Shown in pieces: positions 52,425 through 62,619 of a DNA stretch of 64,000 nucleotides. The position numbers and the translations under genes were made by a program. The stretch is taken from the NCBI GenBank assembly GCA_008690995.1, contig VRMN01000011.1:496001-560000 (forward strand), written 5' to 3'. The notes beneath the pieces were generated by a model. The model saw only the letters and a list, made by a program, of their open reading frames with translations, made no database searches and was not told the DNA's origin. How positions within the stretch are numbered: the first letter of the stretch is position 1; each line of letters begins with the position of its first letter. The DNA comes from Porphyridium purpureum (Eukaryota).

Positions 52425-53369
52425 ATGGCGATGATGGGGGGTGGAGTAGGGGTGGTGGGCGGCGGCGGCGGCGGCGGCAGCGGGGGAGGGAGAGGGTATG
52501 GCGCAAGCGGACTCGCGGGTGCGGGGATGGGAGGAATGATGGGGTCGAGCGACGAGCGCGTGTTGCGACTGGTGCAAGAGCTGTCGGTGCCGGAGCAGCG
52601 CGAAATGGCGCTGTTGGAGCTCAGCAAAAAGAGAGAGACATTCTCCGACCTCGCGCCGCTGATATGGAACTCGTACGGCACAATTGCATCCTTGTTGGAG
52701 GAAATCGTCGCTATTTATCCATTGCTTAGTCCACCTGCGCTTACGGCTCACGCGTCAAACCGTGTGTGCAACGCGCTTGCTCTGCTGCAGTGCGTCGCTT
52801 CGCACAGCGAGACGCGCGGGAATTTTTTGCAAGGGCATATCCCTTTGTTTTTGTATCCCTTTCTGAACACGGTTTCAAAGACGCGCCCGTTCGAGTACCT
52901 GCGTCTCACCTCGCTGGGTGTGATTGGTGCTCTCGTGAAGATGGACGACCCCGATGTGATCAGCTTTCTACTATCGACAGAAATCATTCCGCTGTGTTTG
53001 CGCATCATGGAGACCGGCTCGGAGCTTTCCAAAACGGTCGCAACGTTTATTGTGCAGAAAATCTTACTCGATGAGCACGGGCTCAACTACATTTGTGCCA
53101 CCGCAGAGCGCTTCTATGCTGTCTCTACTGTGCTCAGCAGCATGGTTGAAGCGTTACGAGAAGCACCGAGCAGTCGGCTGCTCAAGCATATTGTGCGCTG
53201 TTATTTGCGCTTAAGCGACAACCCACGCGCACGTGAGGCCCTTCGTATCTGCCTCCCGGAACCGCTGAGAAACCAAACCTTTTCCCCGATTCTCGAAGAG
53301 GACACGGCAACTCGCAAGTGGCTGACGACGCTATTGTACGCATTGGGTGGCGAGCAGAATCCATCGTAA
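52425..53369 (+). CDS. CNOT9: CCR4-NOT subunit Rcd1/Caf40
   Basis: [66 protein letters not shown]. Confidence 0.97.
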   Translation: MAMMGGGVGVVGGGGGGGSGGGRGYGASGLAGAGMGGMMGSSDERVLRLVQELSVPEQREMALLELSKKRETFSDLAPLIWNSYGTIASLLEEIVAIYPLLSPPALTAHASNRVCNALALLQCVASHSETRGNFLQGHIPLFLYPFLNTVSKTRPFEYLRLTSLGVIGALVKMDDPDVISFLLSTEIIPLCLRIMETGSELSKTVATFIVQKILLDEHGLNYICATAERFYAVSTVLSSMVEALREAPSSRLLKHIVRCYLRLSDNPRAREALRICLPEPLRNQTFSPILEEDTATRKWLTTLLYALGGEQNPS

Positions 53370-53795
53370 GCAACTGCTCGAGTTGGGTTCTCAAGAGAGA
53401 GCCAAAGTCGAACACTTGCACACGAGAATAGAGGCTCAACCACAAGAACATAGGGTTTGATTTTGTGCTGTAGAATACGGAAGTGCGGCCGAGCGGCCGT
53501 AGCGTGGCATCATTGACGCCATGGCACAAGGGTTGCCGAAGGCTTGGGGCATGCACATAAGATCTCACTCTGGGAGGGCTGCGTGTCGGACCACCGCTGA
53601 ATTTCGCGCCTGTGATAAGGCCGCGTCGCAATCCGGAGCTTGGAAATTCTAAATCTATGCCTCTCGCAGCTGCCGTTGAAAGCGGGAACGGTCGTGATTA
53701 GTTGTAGACATCGAGTTTCCATCCAGCAAGCAGAAATAGGGAAACGAACACGAGATCTGTGCTTTACAAGCGTACTACTTTTCCAGACGCACTGC

Positions 53796-54749
53796 CTACA
53801 GCCTACTGCCAAACAGTATGACCAGCATTAGCGCGCAGCTCCCAATAACGAGTACCGCCATTTTGTTGTCACTGGTCTCTTGCTTGGGTGTACGCTGTGC
53901 TAGGAACCATTCAACCGAGTACTTCTCCGGCCCCTTCTCCATGACCGCGTAGGCTGCCTTGCCAGTTCCATACCCTCGTGACATTTTTGACTTGGCCTTG
54001 GGCTTGTTGTGCAGCTCTTCGCTAAGCTCACCAATCTGGATGAGGCTGGTTTCGTCAAGTAGCAGTTTCGGCGCCTGCAGAATATACAGCAATTCGTCGG
54101 CCACTTTCTTCACATCCTTGTCCGGGTGTACTTTGAGCGTACCCAAGAGCTGTCGCGCTGCCGGCTTATCCCCAAGCGCATCATAAGCCTGCGCAAGCCA
54201 TAACCCTGCCTCGCCTCCAAACCGTGAGCCCGTCCCCACATTTTCAATCACAGCACGAAAGAGTCCGACAGATTCCCGGTAACGCCCTCGATTGTACAGG
54301 TCGACACCGCGCTGAAAGGAACGCTGCTCAATTTCCTCAATCGAATCCGAGGAGCCTCTCGGTCCCGCTGACGACTTCATGACCTTTCTACCCGCTGTCT
54401 GCTCGTCCAACCAGGCGCCAAACATGTAAACTTTGCCCTCGTTTTCTGGAGACTTGTTCGTTGCCATTGCCTCGATCTCATCGAGTTCCTGCTCCAGTGT
54501 TTTCTCCGCACGCAGAGTGTCTCCAAGCTCATACCCACTTTTGCTCTCTTCCCCAGGCATTTGCCTCATCTCACACCGCACAGAAGCTCGCCGCCAAACG
54601 CGCGCCAGTCGTGTCGGCACATCATCCGGTTTCTCTCTGCTCTCGCGCAGCGCGCACACCGGCACCATTTTCGCGCGCTCCGCATGATGCAGACCAGCTT
54701 CGCCGGCTTGTGCGGCGGGCGCGAAACAGCAAGCGAAGGACGATGCCAT
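53796..54749 (-). CDS. Plastid-targeted TPR-like protein with a C-terminal TM helix
   Basis: FQRGVDLYNRGRY.E, GGEAGLWLAQAYDALG, LLYILQAPKL; transit-peptide-like N-terminus. Confidence 0.7.
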   Translation of the reverse strand: MASSFACCFAPAAQAGEAGLHHAERAKMVPVCALRESREKPDDVPTRLARVWRRASVRCEMRQMPGEESKSGYELGDTLRAEKTLEQELDEIEAMATNKSPENEGKVYMFGAWLDEQTAGRKVMKSSAGPRGSSDSIEEIEQRSFQRGVDLYNRGRYRESVGLFRAVIENVGTGSRFGGEAGLWLAQAYDALGDKPAARQLLGTLKVHPDKDVKKVADELLYILQAPKLLLDETSLIQIGELSEELHNKPKAKSKMSRGYGTGKAAYAVMEKGPEKYSVEWFLAQRTPKQETSDNKMAVLVIGSCALMLVILFGSRL

Positions 54750-55004
54750 GTTTCACAGACAGTAGACGAGTATTCCCAGCCAGACGCGCGTCGTTCAGCC
54801 TCTCCGACCTTGTCCAAACCCTTTTTCTCGCGCGCGCGCAACAGTTCGATCTTTTTCCAGCACTGTACACGCGCCGCGTAGCTTACAGCTTCTTTAATAT
54901 TAAACAAATGATTTTTTAATATTACAAAGCTATAGGGGGAAATGTTTCGCGGTACAGCTTCGGTTTGGGCTGAGCTGTACCGCATGAGATGCGGGAAAGT
55001 CAAT

Positions 55005-56411
55005 TCATTGGATGATGGCCAGGATGCCCACCGTGGTGCCGGTGAGAATGAATGGCGCCAGAATGTACTGGAAGAGCAGGATTGCTGACGCAGCGGCTTG
55101 GCTGTGTCCTGCGAGCTCGCTCATCGCCACTACATTGTTGGCAGACGGCATGGAGAACTCGAGCAAGATGGCGAGCTGCTTGATCCGGTCGTCTTGCGCG
55201 TTCTGCGGGAGCCAGCCCACGCGCTGCAGCGCGACGTAGCCCGAGATGAGCGTGGCTGGAACAAGAATGAGTCGCACTAGAGCAATGCTGACCAAGAGAA
55301 ACATGCTGGCGCCAGTGTTGCCAAACCCGCGAACGTATGCAAAGTAGAGGTTGCCGCCCACAAGCAGGCTGCTCAGGGTCAGCGTCGAGTAGCCAAGCGC
55401 GTACTGTGCCTCGAGGATGAGCCGGAGCGGGGCCTCCTGGTTCAAAATAATTGGACCCAAGTGGGGTAGCTGCGCGAGCACGATCGCGAGCAGAATGGCC
55501 GCCGTGGGTGGGGTACCGCGCACAGAATTCAGCACGGCCCACACGGTGCTCCTGACCAAATGCAATGCACCCGCGTCGTCCGACATGGCTTGCGCTCCCA
55601 CGGGAGACACAACAGAGTCTGACTCTGACTTTGGGGTGGTAACTTGTTGCTCGGGCCGCCCCGCGTGCGATTTGTACCTGGTCAGCGAGCCAAGCAAGTC
55701 GGCATCGGCTGAGTATGCTGTCGACTGCACTGCTGCTTGTGCCCCCTCGTGATGTGAAGAGTGAGCTGTATCGCCAGACCCAGAGTCGCTCTGCACAGAT
55801 GCCGGTACGCTTGCGTACCCCGCAGGCGATGGCAACACATGGTGGCTGCCTGCATCGCCATCCGCGCGTGCATTGGCTATGAACGGCATACCCACGCTCC
55901 AGCACACGACGCTCCAGACCAACAGCATGAGGGAGGTGAAACCCGTAGCCTTTTGCAGACATCCTATTTCTCCTTGGAGTGGCTCATAAAAGCTGCACAA
56001 TGCTGAGATAAACAGGATGGGAAGCTGATTCGCGTTGCAAAATACGCATGCGACAACGGCGGTGCGCCAGATCCGATCGGTGAGCGCGCCGGCGACGCGC
56101 TGGACGGCCCATAGCGCCACCACGCCAATAAGCAAGCTCGCAGTCAGGTTGATTACAGCGCCTAACGGCAGACTCCACAGCTCGCCAAAAGACAGGTCCA
56201 CCAATGACTCGAGAAGCGACGCGAACAGGAGGCACGGCAGCAGCAAGTGGAAAATGAGTTTCGAGAGCAGTTTTGTGCCGCCCGGGTCAAGCACTTGCAG
56301 ATATGCCAAGTAAAAACCGGCGAATGTCATAAGAAACACTTCCAGAATGCCCTTGAGCGCCGCCACTGTCACGTTCCACAGCAATGCCGCATGGTCGCCC
56401 GGCGCGACCAT
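55005..56411 (-). CDS. Auxin efflux carrier / PILS-like membrane transport protein
   Basis: LSKLIFHLLLPCLLF, FCNANQLP, LLVGGNL, SMPSANN; 5+5 TM layout with a central loop. Confidence 0.85.
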   Translation of the reverse strand: MVAPGDHAALLWNVTVAALKGILEVFLMTFAGFYLAYLQVLDPGGTKLLSKLIFHLLLPCLLFASLLESLVDLSFGELWSLPLGAVINLTASLLIGVVALWAVQRVAGALTDRIWRTAVVACVFCNANQLPILFISALCSFYEPLQGEIGCLQKATGFTSLMLLVWSVVCWSVGMPFIANARADGDAGSHHVLPSPAGYASVPASVQSDSGSGDTAHSSHHEGAQAAVQSTAYSADADLLGSLTRYKSHAGRPEQQVTTPKSESDSVVSPVGAQAMSDDAGALHLVRSTVWAVLNSVRGTPPTAAILLAIVLAQLPHLGPIILNQEAPLRLILEAQYALGYSTLTLSSLLVGGNLYFAYVRGFGNTGASMFLLVSIALVRLILVPATLISGYVALQRVGWLPQNAQDDRIKQLAILLEFSMPSANNVVAMSELAGHSQAAASAILLFQYILAPFILTGTTVGILAIIQ

Positions 56412-58162
56412 GGCGTTGCGCGCTCACACAGATACTACCCCTCCGCCGTCGCGCCGACAACGGCGTCCTTCGTTGTGCTTGCGCCAGGCACACTGTGCGC
56501 ATCAGGAGCAGTCACGTCTGGCACGATCTGCCGGCCTCACCGACGTCCATTCCCGCCTCCAACCACCTACGTTCAAGCCTGTTCCAACGTCGACTCCCAT
56601 GCAGTCACGACATGCCGATGCACTTTGCATCACGGTACAGTTGTCCATGAGGTACACTGAGTACAGTACATGAAATGCGGTCCCGAGCGACTGCGGCAGC
56701 GCGTGTGCTGCACTGGCGGAGCGACCTGGACAGTGGCGCGCTGGTTGCGAGGGATTTTGGAGGCAGCGTCTCTGCCTCAAGGCAAGAACGCGCGAGACAC
56801 ACAGTCGGCTTACGCGGCGTCATTACTGGAAGAATGGCGCCCGTCTCTTTTTCTCTCACTCCGCTGTGGAGCGCGCGTGGTCTGAAGCCGTGCTCCGTGA
56901 GGTTGGCGACAGGGAAGTGCTGGGCGCGCATTCGTGTCACACGCACATAAATCTATCCGGCGCACAAGTGTCCCTGGTTTTTTTTTTTCTTTCGCGAAAG
57001 TACTCTCTCTTCAGAGAATGTGTGAGGCGGAATTTTGTCGTGGGAAGAAGGGGGACCGTGGTTGTGCCGCAAAGGGCGCTGGTTTCCGTGTGCCATCGTG
57101 AACCGTCCGTGTGACCCGTGCAGCAGTTGACTCGCCCCATGAATAGGCTCCGTGAGCGACAAGGCCGACCGCAAGTCTGTCTGTCCAGTCCCAGAAGCGT
57201 TCGACCTGCTGCAGCGCCGAAACGTGAGTACCCAGCTCAAAGATTGCTTCGCGCACCGGAAGCGCCACCACTTGGCGAATCAAACACAAAGAGCTGTGGC
57301 GCCAAAACCAACAGGCAGACAGAATCACGTACACAGCCTACTGCTCTTTGGAACCGGAGCCGGGGCCATGTGGTTTGGTCGAGTCATGATCTTTCGCTTT
57401 TCGGGATATGCCCGCTTTGATTTCAAGTCCGCACTGATTTTGAAAACATTCCCCTTCGTCCTCACTTGAATTGGAGAGGCACTGAGATAGGCGACAGGGC
57501 AGAGCCAAAGCCATGCAGCGTGCGTGCACGCGTCGTGCGCGCGTGTGGAAGTGCAAGCCAGGCGCTTATTTTGAAAGCGTGGGGGTGAAATGAGCTGGAA
57601 ATTCAAAGGGGCCGGTAGTGGTCTTGTGTGGAGGGGGCGTGGGTGCATCCGCCAATGCGGTCCACCTATCCGCCGGTCGTGTCATGTCGTACACGCGCGT
57701 GTTGTACTAGTGTCCTGCGGTCGAATTCTCGTGCGTCGAATTCTTGCGTGGGGTTTCCGTGTTAACTTGACACCGAACCATGTGCACGAAGAGCCGCAGC
57801 ACCAGCTGTACCCTATCAAAACAGTGCTGCTGTGCTATGAAGAATGCGTGTACCGCCGCTCTTCCGTTTTCCTCCCTCCCTCCAGCGTTCGCTACACGCC
57901 CCGAAAATTCAAAACAAAGCCAAGGGGTACAGCGAAGCGTCAAGACTATTTCGAGCAGTGAGGTGTAACGCGTCTGGCGGGGTGTTATGCTTACGCGGCG
58001 AAAAAGCCGATAGCGCATGCTCTGCGTGTGGCGGGAGTGATTCGGTGATGATGGGGCTGCGGCCCGAAAAATCCGCGGGACAACCGCTCGGTCGCGCAAC
58101 CCTTTGGTTACGTCCTCCTGATGGTGTATTCCGCATGGAACGGAAGTCTGACGTGCACGGCG

Positions 58163-58171
58163 CTATATAAA
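58163..58171 (+). promoter_or_regulatory. TATA box upstream of the cyclin gene
   Basis: CTATATAAA about 155 bp before ATG 58323. Confidence 0.5.
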
Positions 58172-58322
58172 GTGCGGCCAGGCCTGGCGTATTCGCGAAT
58201 GGAAACAGGTCGTCAAACGCTGTTCGTGCAAGGACGAGACATCAACATACACTTGCTGAATATATCAAGGCAGGACGGACGTCCAACTACGAGCGACGTT
58301 CGAGGCGCACAGACAAGCAGGC

Positions 58323-59033
58323 ATGGACGGCATTTTCGACTTTTCGGGGATGGAGTTTGGCGCCGACATGAGCGATTTCTCGAGCAAGGCCAGCGTGGAG
58401 GCGAAAGAGCACGTGCAGGAGGCAAAGCAGCCGTGCGGCATGGTGCAGAGGGCTGCGAGCATAAAGCAGGCCGTGGTTGGCTTCCAACGCTTGAATTCCA
58501 TAGACTCGGTGATGAGCGAGACCACCCAGTTTGATTCGGTGGAGCTCACGCTGGAAGAGAAGGAGCAGCTGCTGGACAACATTGCCGACAGCCTGCGGGA
58601 GCAGTGCGAGCTGAACGACCCGTATGCGACGTTGCCGGCGCGGTCGGACCCAACTGCCATCTTTTTCTCAGAGGTGCCGAGCAACATCGACATTCGCTTT
58701 TACGCCACGCGATTAGTCAAGTACTTGGACATTTCGCCGGCTGCGTTTGTTGCTGCGATGGTGTACTTGGCGCAACTGAGAAGTACGGATGCCATCCGCA
58801 TCAACTCGTACAACGTGCACCGACTACTGCTGAGTGCGGTCAACGTGGGCATGAAATACACCGAGGATGTGTGCTACAGCGCGCGCAGCATTGCGCGCGT
58901 CGGCGGTATTAGCGACAGCAAGGAAGTCAGCCGGCTTGAGCGACAAATGCTCGCGCTGCTCAACTTTGAACTCTTCATTGACACCAAGCGCTTTACCGAG
59001 TCGCGCGCCTATTTGCTCCTGTCGCACAAATAG
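58323..59033 (+). CDS. PHO80/P(U)-type cyclin
   Basis: Y..RL.KY, FVAAMVYL, NVHRLLL, KYTEDVCYS..IARVGGI..EVSRLE..LLNFEL. Confidence 0.88.
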   Translation: MDGIFDFSGMEFGADMSDFSSKASVEAKEHVQEAKQPCGMVQRAASIKQAVVGFQRLNSIDSVMSETTQFDSVELTLEEKEQLLDNIADSLREQCELNDPYATLPARSDPTAIFFSEVPSNIDIRFYATRLVKYLDISPAAFVAAMVYLAQLRSTDAIRINSYNVHRLLLSAVNVGMKYTEDVCYSARSIARVGGISDSKEVSRLERQMLALLNFELFIDTKRFTESRAYLLLSHK

Positions 59034-59514
59034 ACGCTTCAAAGGCGCTTGTCCCGCCTGTCTCGCTTGTCTCGCGCACGAACTTTACACACAAGTTTAT
59101 TTATGCTATCATTATTTCTTCTTCCTCTAAACCAGAGATTCCAAACTAACAAGCAGCCAAAGTGAGCCAACCAGCCCCTCTCGAACTTCCCGTCCCGCCA
59201 CGAATTGCTACAACATGTCACATGTCGCTCATGTCGCCTGTGCCGCTTCTGTCGCCCATGTCCCGCCTACTTTGCGTCCCGCCCGCTCGCGCGGTGGCTC
59301 AAAAATACGAATAAAAAACCGGGTGAAAAATAAGCTTAAAATTAAAATACTGAGAGGTACAGTATCACAGTACTTCTCGGCGCGTTGAACATGTGTGGCA
59401 AAATGTGGAAGCAGATCGACGTTGGACGCGTCACTGAACGGTCACGAAACGTCTTCCGTCGTGGACTCTCTTGCGGCATTGGCTGCTGGAACACGACGCG
59501 CGCGCCCACGTGGG

Positions 59515-60858
59515 ATGAGCGGCGCGATGTGTGGTCGGAGAGATGGTGCGGCAATGGGGCTGGACGCGGCGGAACACGAAGGCTCGCACGCGGCGCGGCG
59601 GCGAGGCGCGCACGATGCACAGCACGGGCCCCGATGGCGTGGGGAACGCGCCGCCCTCGCACGTGAACACACGCTCGCACACGTGGACGCCAAGTTGCAC
59701 GATGCGGCGACTCTTCCGCAAGCGCATCAGGAGAGCGTTTTGCAACGGTCTGGCGCGAAAATGAGCCGCCCGCAGAGCTTGTCGTGGATCGAACTGATGA
59801 CTTCGTTCAATGTGTTGGTGTTCTTCGGCGTCCACGTGGGCTCGCTCATCGCGTTCTGGTTCTCTCCTTCGACACCCGGCACACTCGATCGGCGGCAGAA
59901 TCTTGCACTCGCGCTGGTGAATTACTGCGTGCGCATGTTTGGCATCACGGCAGGCTATCATCGCTTCTTTGCCCATCGCTCGTACAAGACGTCGCGCGTG
60001 TTCCAATTTATTCTTGCCGTGGTGGGGGCCGCATCGTGGCAAAAGGGCGTATTATGGTGGGCCTCATGGCATCGCCATCACCATCGCACGGCAGACACAC
60101 AAGAGGACGCGCACACGCCCAAGAAGGGCTTCTGGTGGTCGCATTTCGGCTGGTTCTTGTTTTCGAATGAGTATTCTGAGATCAAGTGGGAGCTCATTCC
60201 CGACCTCGCAGCCTATCCGGAACTTCGACTGCTCGAGAAGCTGCACTTTGTGCCCGGGCTTGTCCTGGCTGCTGCCTGCTTTTGCTATGGTGGCATCCGT
60301 GCATTTCTGTGGGGCTTCTGCGTGTCCACCACGCTACTCTGGCACGCCACCTTCACCATTAACTCGCTGAGCCACATGTACGGCTCTCAGAGATACAAGT
60401 GTGAGTTTCACTCGGAATGCGACGCGCGAAACAATGCGTTTCTGGCGCTGATCACGCTGGGTGAGGGCTGGCACAATAACCACCATTCCTCGATGGGCAG
60501 CGTAAGGCAGGGCCTTGCGTGGTACGAGTTTGATGTGAGCTTTTACACGCTGTCCATTCTTCGGATGGTGGGCTTGGTTTTTGGCTTCCGTGATCCGCCA
60601 TACGAGGAGCTGGAGCGGCGAAGATTACGTCCAGGTGCGGTTGCGGATGGCCAAAAGCCACCGTGCGTTCTGCAAGGCACAGAGCAGACGTCGAAACCAT
60701 CGACACATGATCGATTACGTGCCCCCGGTCGTGGAATCGCATCGCAAAATGCTGATCAGCTCAAGCTCGTTGGTCTCCACGATATTTGTGACCTGGATCT
60801 TCTCGAGTGTTCACCAATGACGTCCTGCGACTCTGTACCTGAGTCGGCTCCGCTGTGA
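59515..60858 (+). CDS. Membrane fatty-acid desaturase, delta-9 acyl-CoA/acyl-lipid type
   Basis: GITAGYHRFFAHRSY, WASWHRHHH, INSLSH, GEGWHNNHH. The start could instead be 59761. Confidence 0.92.
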   Translation: MSGAMCGRRDGAAMGLDAAEHEGSHAARRRGAHDAQHGPRWRGERAALAREHTLAHVDAKLHDAATLPQAHQESVLQRSGAKMSRPQSLSWIELMTSFNVLVFFGVHVGSLIAFWFSPSTPGTLDRRQNLALALVNYCVRMFGITAGYHRFFAHRSYKTSRVFQFILAVVGAASWQKGVLWWASWHRHHHRTADTQEDAHTPKKGFWWSHFGWFLFSNEYSEIKWELIPDLAAYPELRLLEKLHFVPGLVLAAACFCYGGIRAFLWGFCVSTTLLWHATFTINSLSHMYGSQRYKCEFHSECDARNNAFLALITLGEGWHNNHHSSMGSVRQGLAWYEFDVSFYTLSILRMVGLVFGFRDPPYEELERRRLRPGAVADGQKPPCVLQGTEQTSKPSTHDRLRAPGRGIASQNADQLKLVGLHDICDLDLLECSPMTSCDSVPESAPL

Positions 60859-61215
60859 TGCGCGGCTGCCCATCTTTTTCTATTTAGCATTGTCCCATGG
60901 ACCGTGACTTTTTACAGGGTTCAGTCTGTGTGCGGTTTTATTCTCCCCTTCTCGTTCGTTCTCTCTCTTTCTCTGTTTTGTTTCAAAAGCGCATATATAC
61001 AGACCGTGACCGTGATCGAGACCACGACTGGGAAACGCCCGCACGTCGGGCACACGAGTCAAAGAATCCATGTATCCTCCACATAAAGAAGGGAAACGTT
61101 ACTGCATGAGCCTCCCTTCGGCAGTAGTCCGGGCAGTTTTGCTTCTCGCAGCGGCGAGATCAAGACAGTGGGTCTGCCTCGGGACCGTAGAGTACCTCTC
61201 TGCATCTCAAGAAGC

Positions 61216-61614
61216 CTAGCCCGTGCCCCGATTGGCCTTTGGTAGGCGGAAGCGCTTCTTGTGCCTGCTCCCAAACTTGCACGCCTCAACTCCTCCTTGC
61301 CGCTGTTTGTGCCGCGGATTCTCGTCGCACCGGACGTACAGAATCTTACCTTTCCTGCCGAGCCTGCAGTGCGGGCACCGAAACTTCAACGCCGAAACAT
61401 GCTTCATCCCCCGTGTCTGATCGACTCGCCACCCGGCACCGGCACAGAGCCCATGCCACTTGGATAGGGCGCTCGCAGACAGGACACCCAAGCCACTAGC
61501 GCCCACCCCTCCGCGCGTTTCGAGCGTCCACGCGGAAGAAGCCATCGTCATGGCCGGCCGTCCGACCGCGCATGCGTGGCTGAACAGCGACGCCGCCGTC
61601 CGTATCCACGCCAT
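61216..61614 (-). CDS. MRPL36: Mitochondrial ribosomal protein bL36m precursor
   Basis: A presequence followed by MKHVSALKFRCPHC...VRCDENPRHKQRQG. Confidence 0.85.
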   Translation of the reverse strand: MAWIRTAASLFSHACAVGRPAMTMASSAWTLETRGGVGASGLGVLSASALSKWHGLCAGAGWRVDQTRGMKHVSALKFRCPHCRLGRKGKILYVRCDENPRHKQRQGGVEACKFGSRHKKRFRLPKANRGTG

Positions 61615-61704
61615 GGTTCGTAGGAACTTGCTGTCCACCACTCACACACCACTCGCTCCACTCTTTCGCAGCAGAGGCGCTGAGAGGCTCAGGTGGGAGA
61701 TGTA

Positions 61705-62505
61705 ATGATGGCGTCTGTGACCGCTTCTGATGTGGCTGCGCTGCGCGGCGTGATCACAGCAGACTGCGTTAGAGCCAGTTCTCCGGAGCGCGCATGCGAC
61801 AATGAAGGATCGGCGTGCGTATGTGAGTTGGATGACGCGGACCTGCAGCGGTTTCTGGTCGCCAGGCGTCGTGATGTGGATGCTGCGACAGAGCTGGTGC
61901 GGCAGGAGCGCACGTGGAAAAGCAAGTACCTTCCCGTCATGCGGACTGCGTCGCTGGAAGCGCTGCTCGCCAAACACAAAGTCGTGCACGGTGGGCGCAC
62001 GGCGAATGGTGACGCGGTCGTCGTGGTGTATGTGCGGAAACATGACAAGAACGAGGAAGATTGCGTGCATCTCAACACGCAACTGGCGGTCGTGGCCATT
62101 GAGGCGGGCATGGCTCGCTCAGAATCAGGCCAACTGCTTGCCGTCATGGACATGAGCGAGTTTGGCTGGGCACAGACCGACCTGGCCATGGCCAAGCGTA
62201 TCATCTACCTGCTTTCGATTGCGTACCCGGAACGGCTGTCCAAAATGATTCTGTTCCGCGCATGGCTTCCCTTTCGCAGCTTTTACGCGCTGGTCAGCCC
62301 CTTCGTAGACGAACGCTCCAAGCGTAAAGTCCATTTCGCGTCCGAGCTCAGCGAGCTGGAATCGCTTCACGCACTCACGCTTTCCGACCTCCCGGTGGAA
62401 CTTGGCGGTACGCTGGACACTGCTACTGACTCAGATTCGGGCTGTTGGTGGGACGCCCTCGACCGCTCTGTCCTCCTTCACCAAGCCACCGACGCCGATA
62501 AATGA
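61705..62505 (+). CDS. CRAL-TRIO (Sec14-like) lipid-binding protein
   Basis: DDADLQRFLVARR.DV, VMDMSEF, YPERLSK, VSPFVD....KVHF, LPVELGG. Confidence 0.9.
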   Translation: MMASVTASDVAALRGVITADCVRASSPERACDNEGSACVCELDDADLQRFLVARRRDVDAATELVRQERTWKSKYLPVMRTASLEALLAKHKVVHGGRTANGDAVVVVYVRKHDKNEEDCVHLNTQLAVVAIEAGMARSESGQLLAVMDMSEFGWAQTDLAMAKRIIYLLSIAYPERLSKMILFRAWLPFRSFYALVSPFVDERSKRKVHFASELSELESLHALTLSDLPVELGGTLDTATDSDSGCWWDALDRSVLLHQATDADK

Positions 62506-62619
62506 TTACGCATATAAAGCTGACTGCGAGACAACTTTCAGGTACGTCTGGACTTCGAACGATCGGCAGCGGAGGCGACGACGAAGAATTTTTATGTGGG
62601 GATTGGTTGGGTTGGCAGT

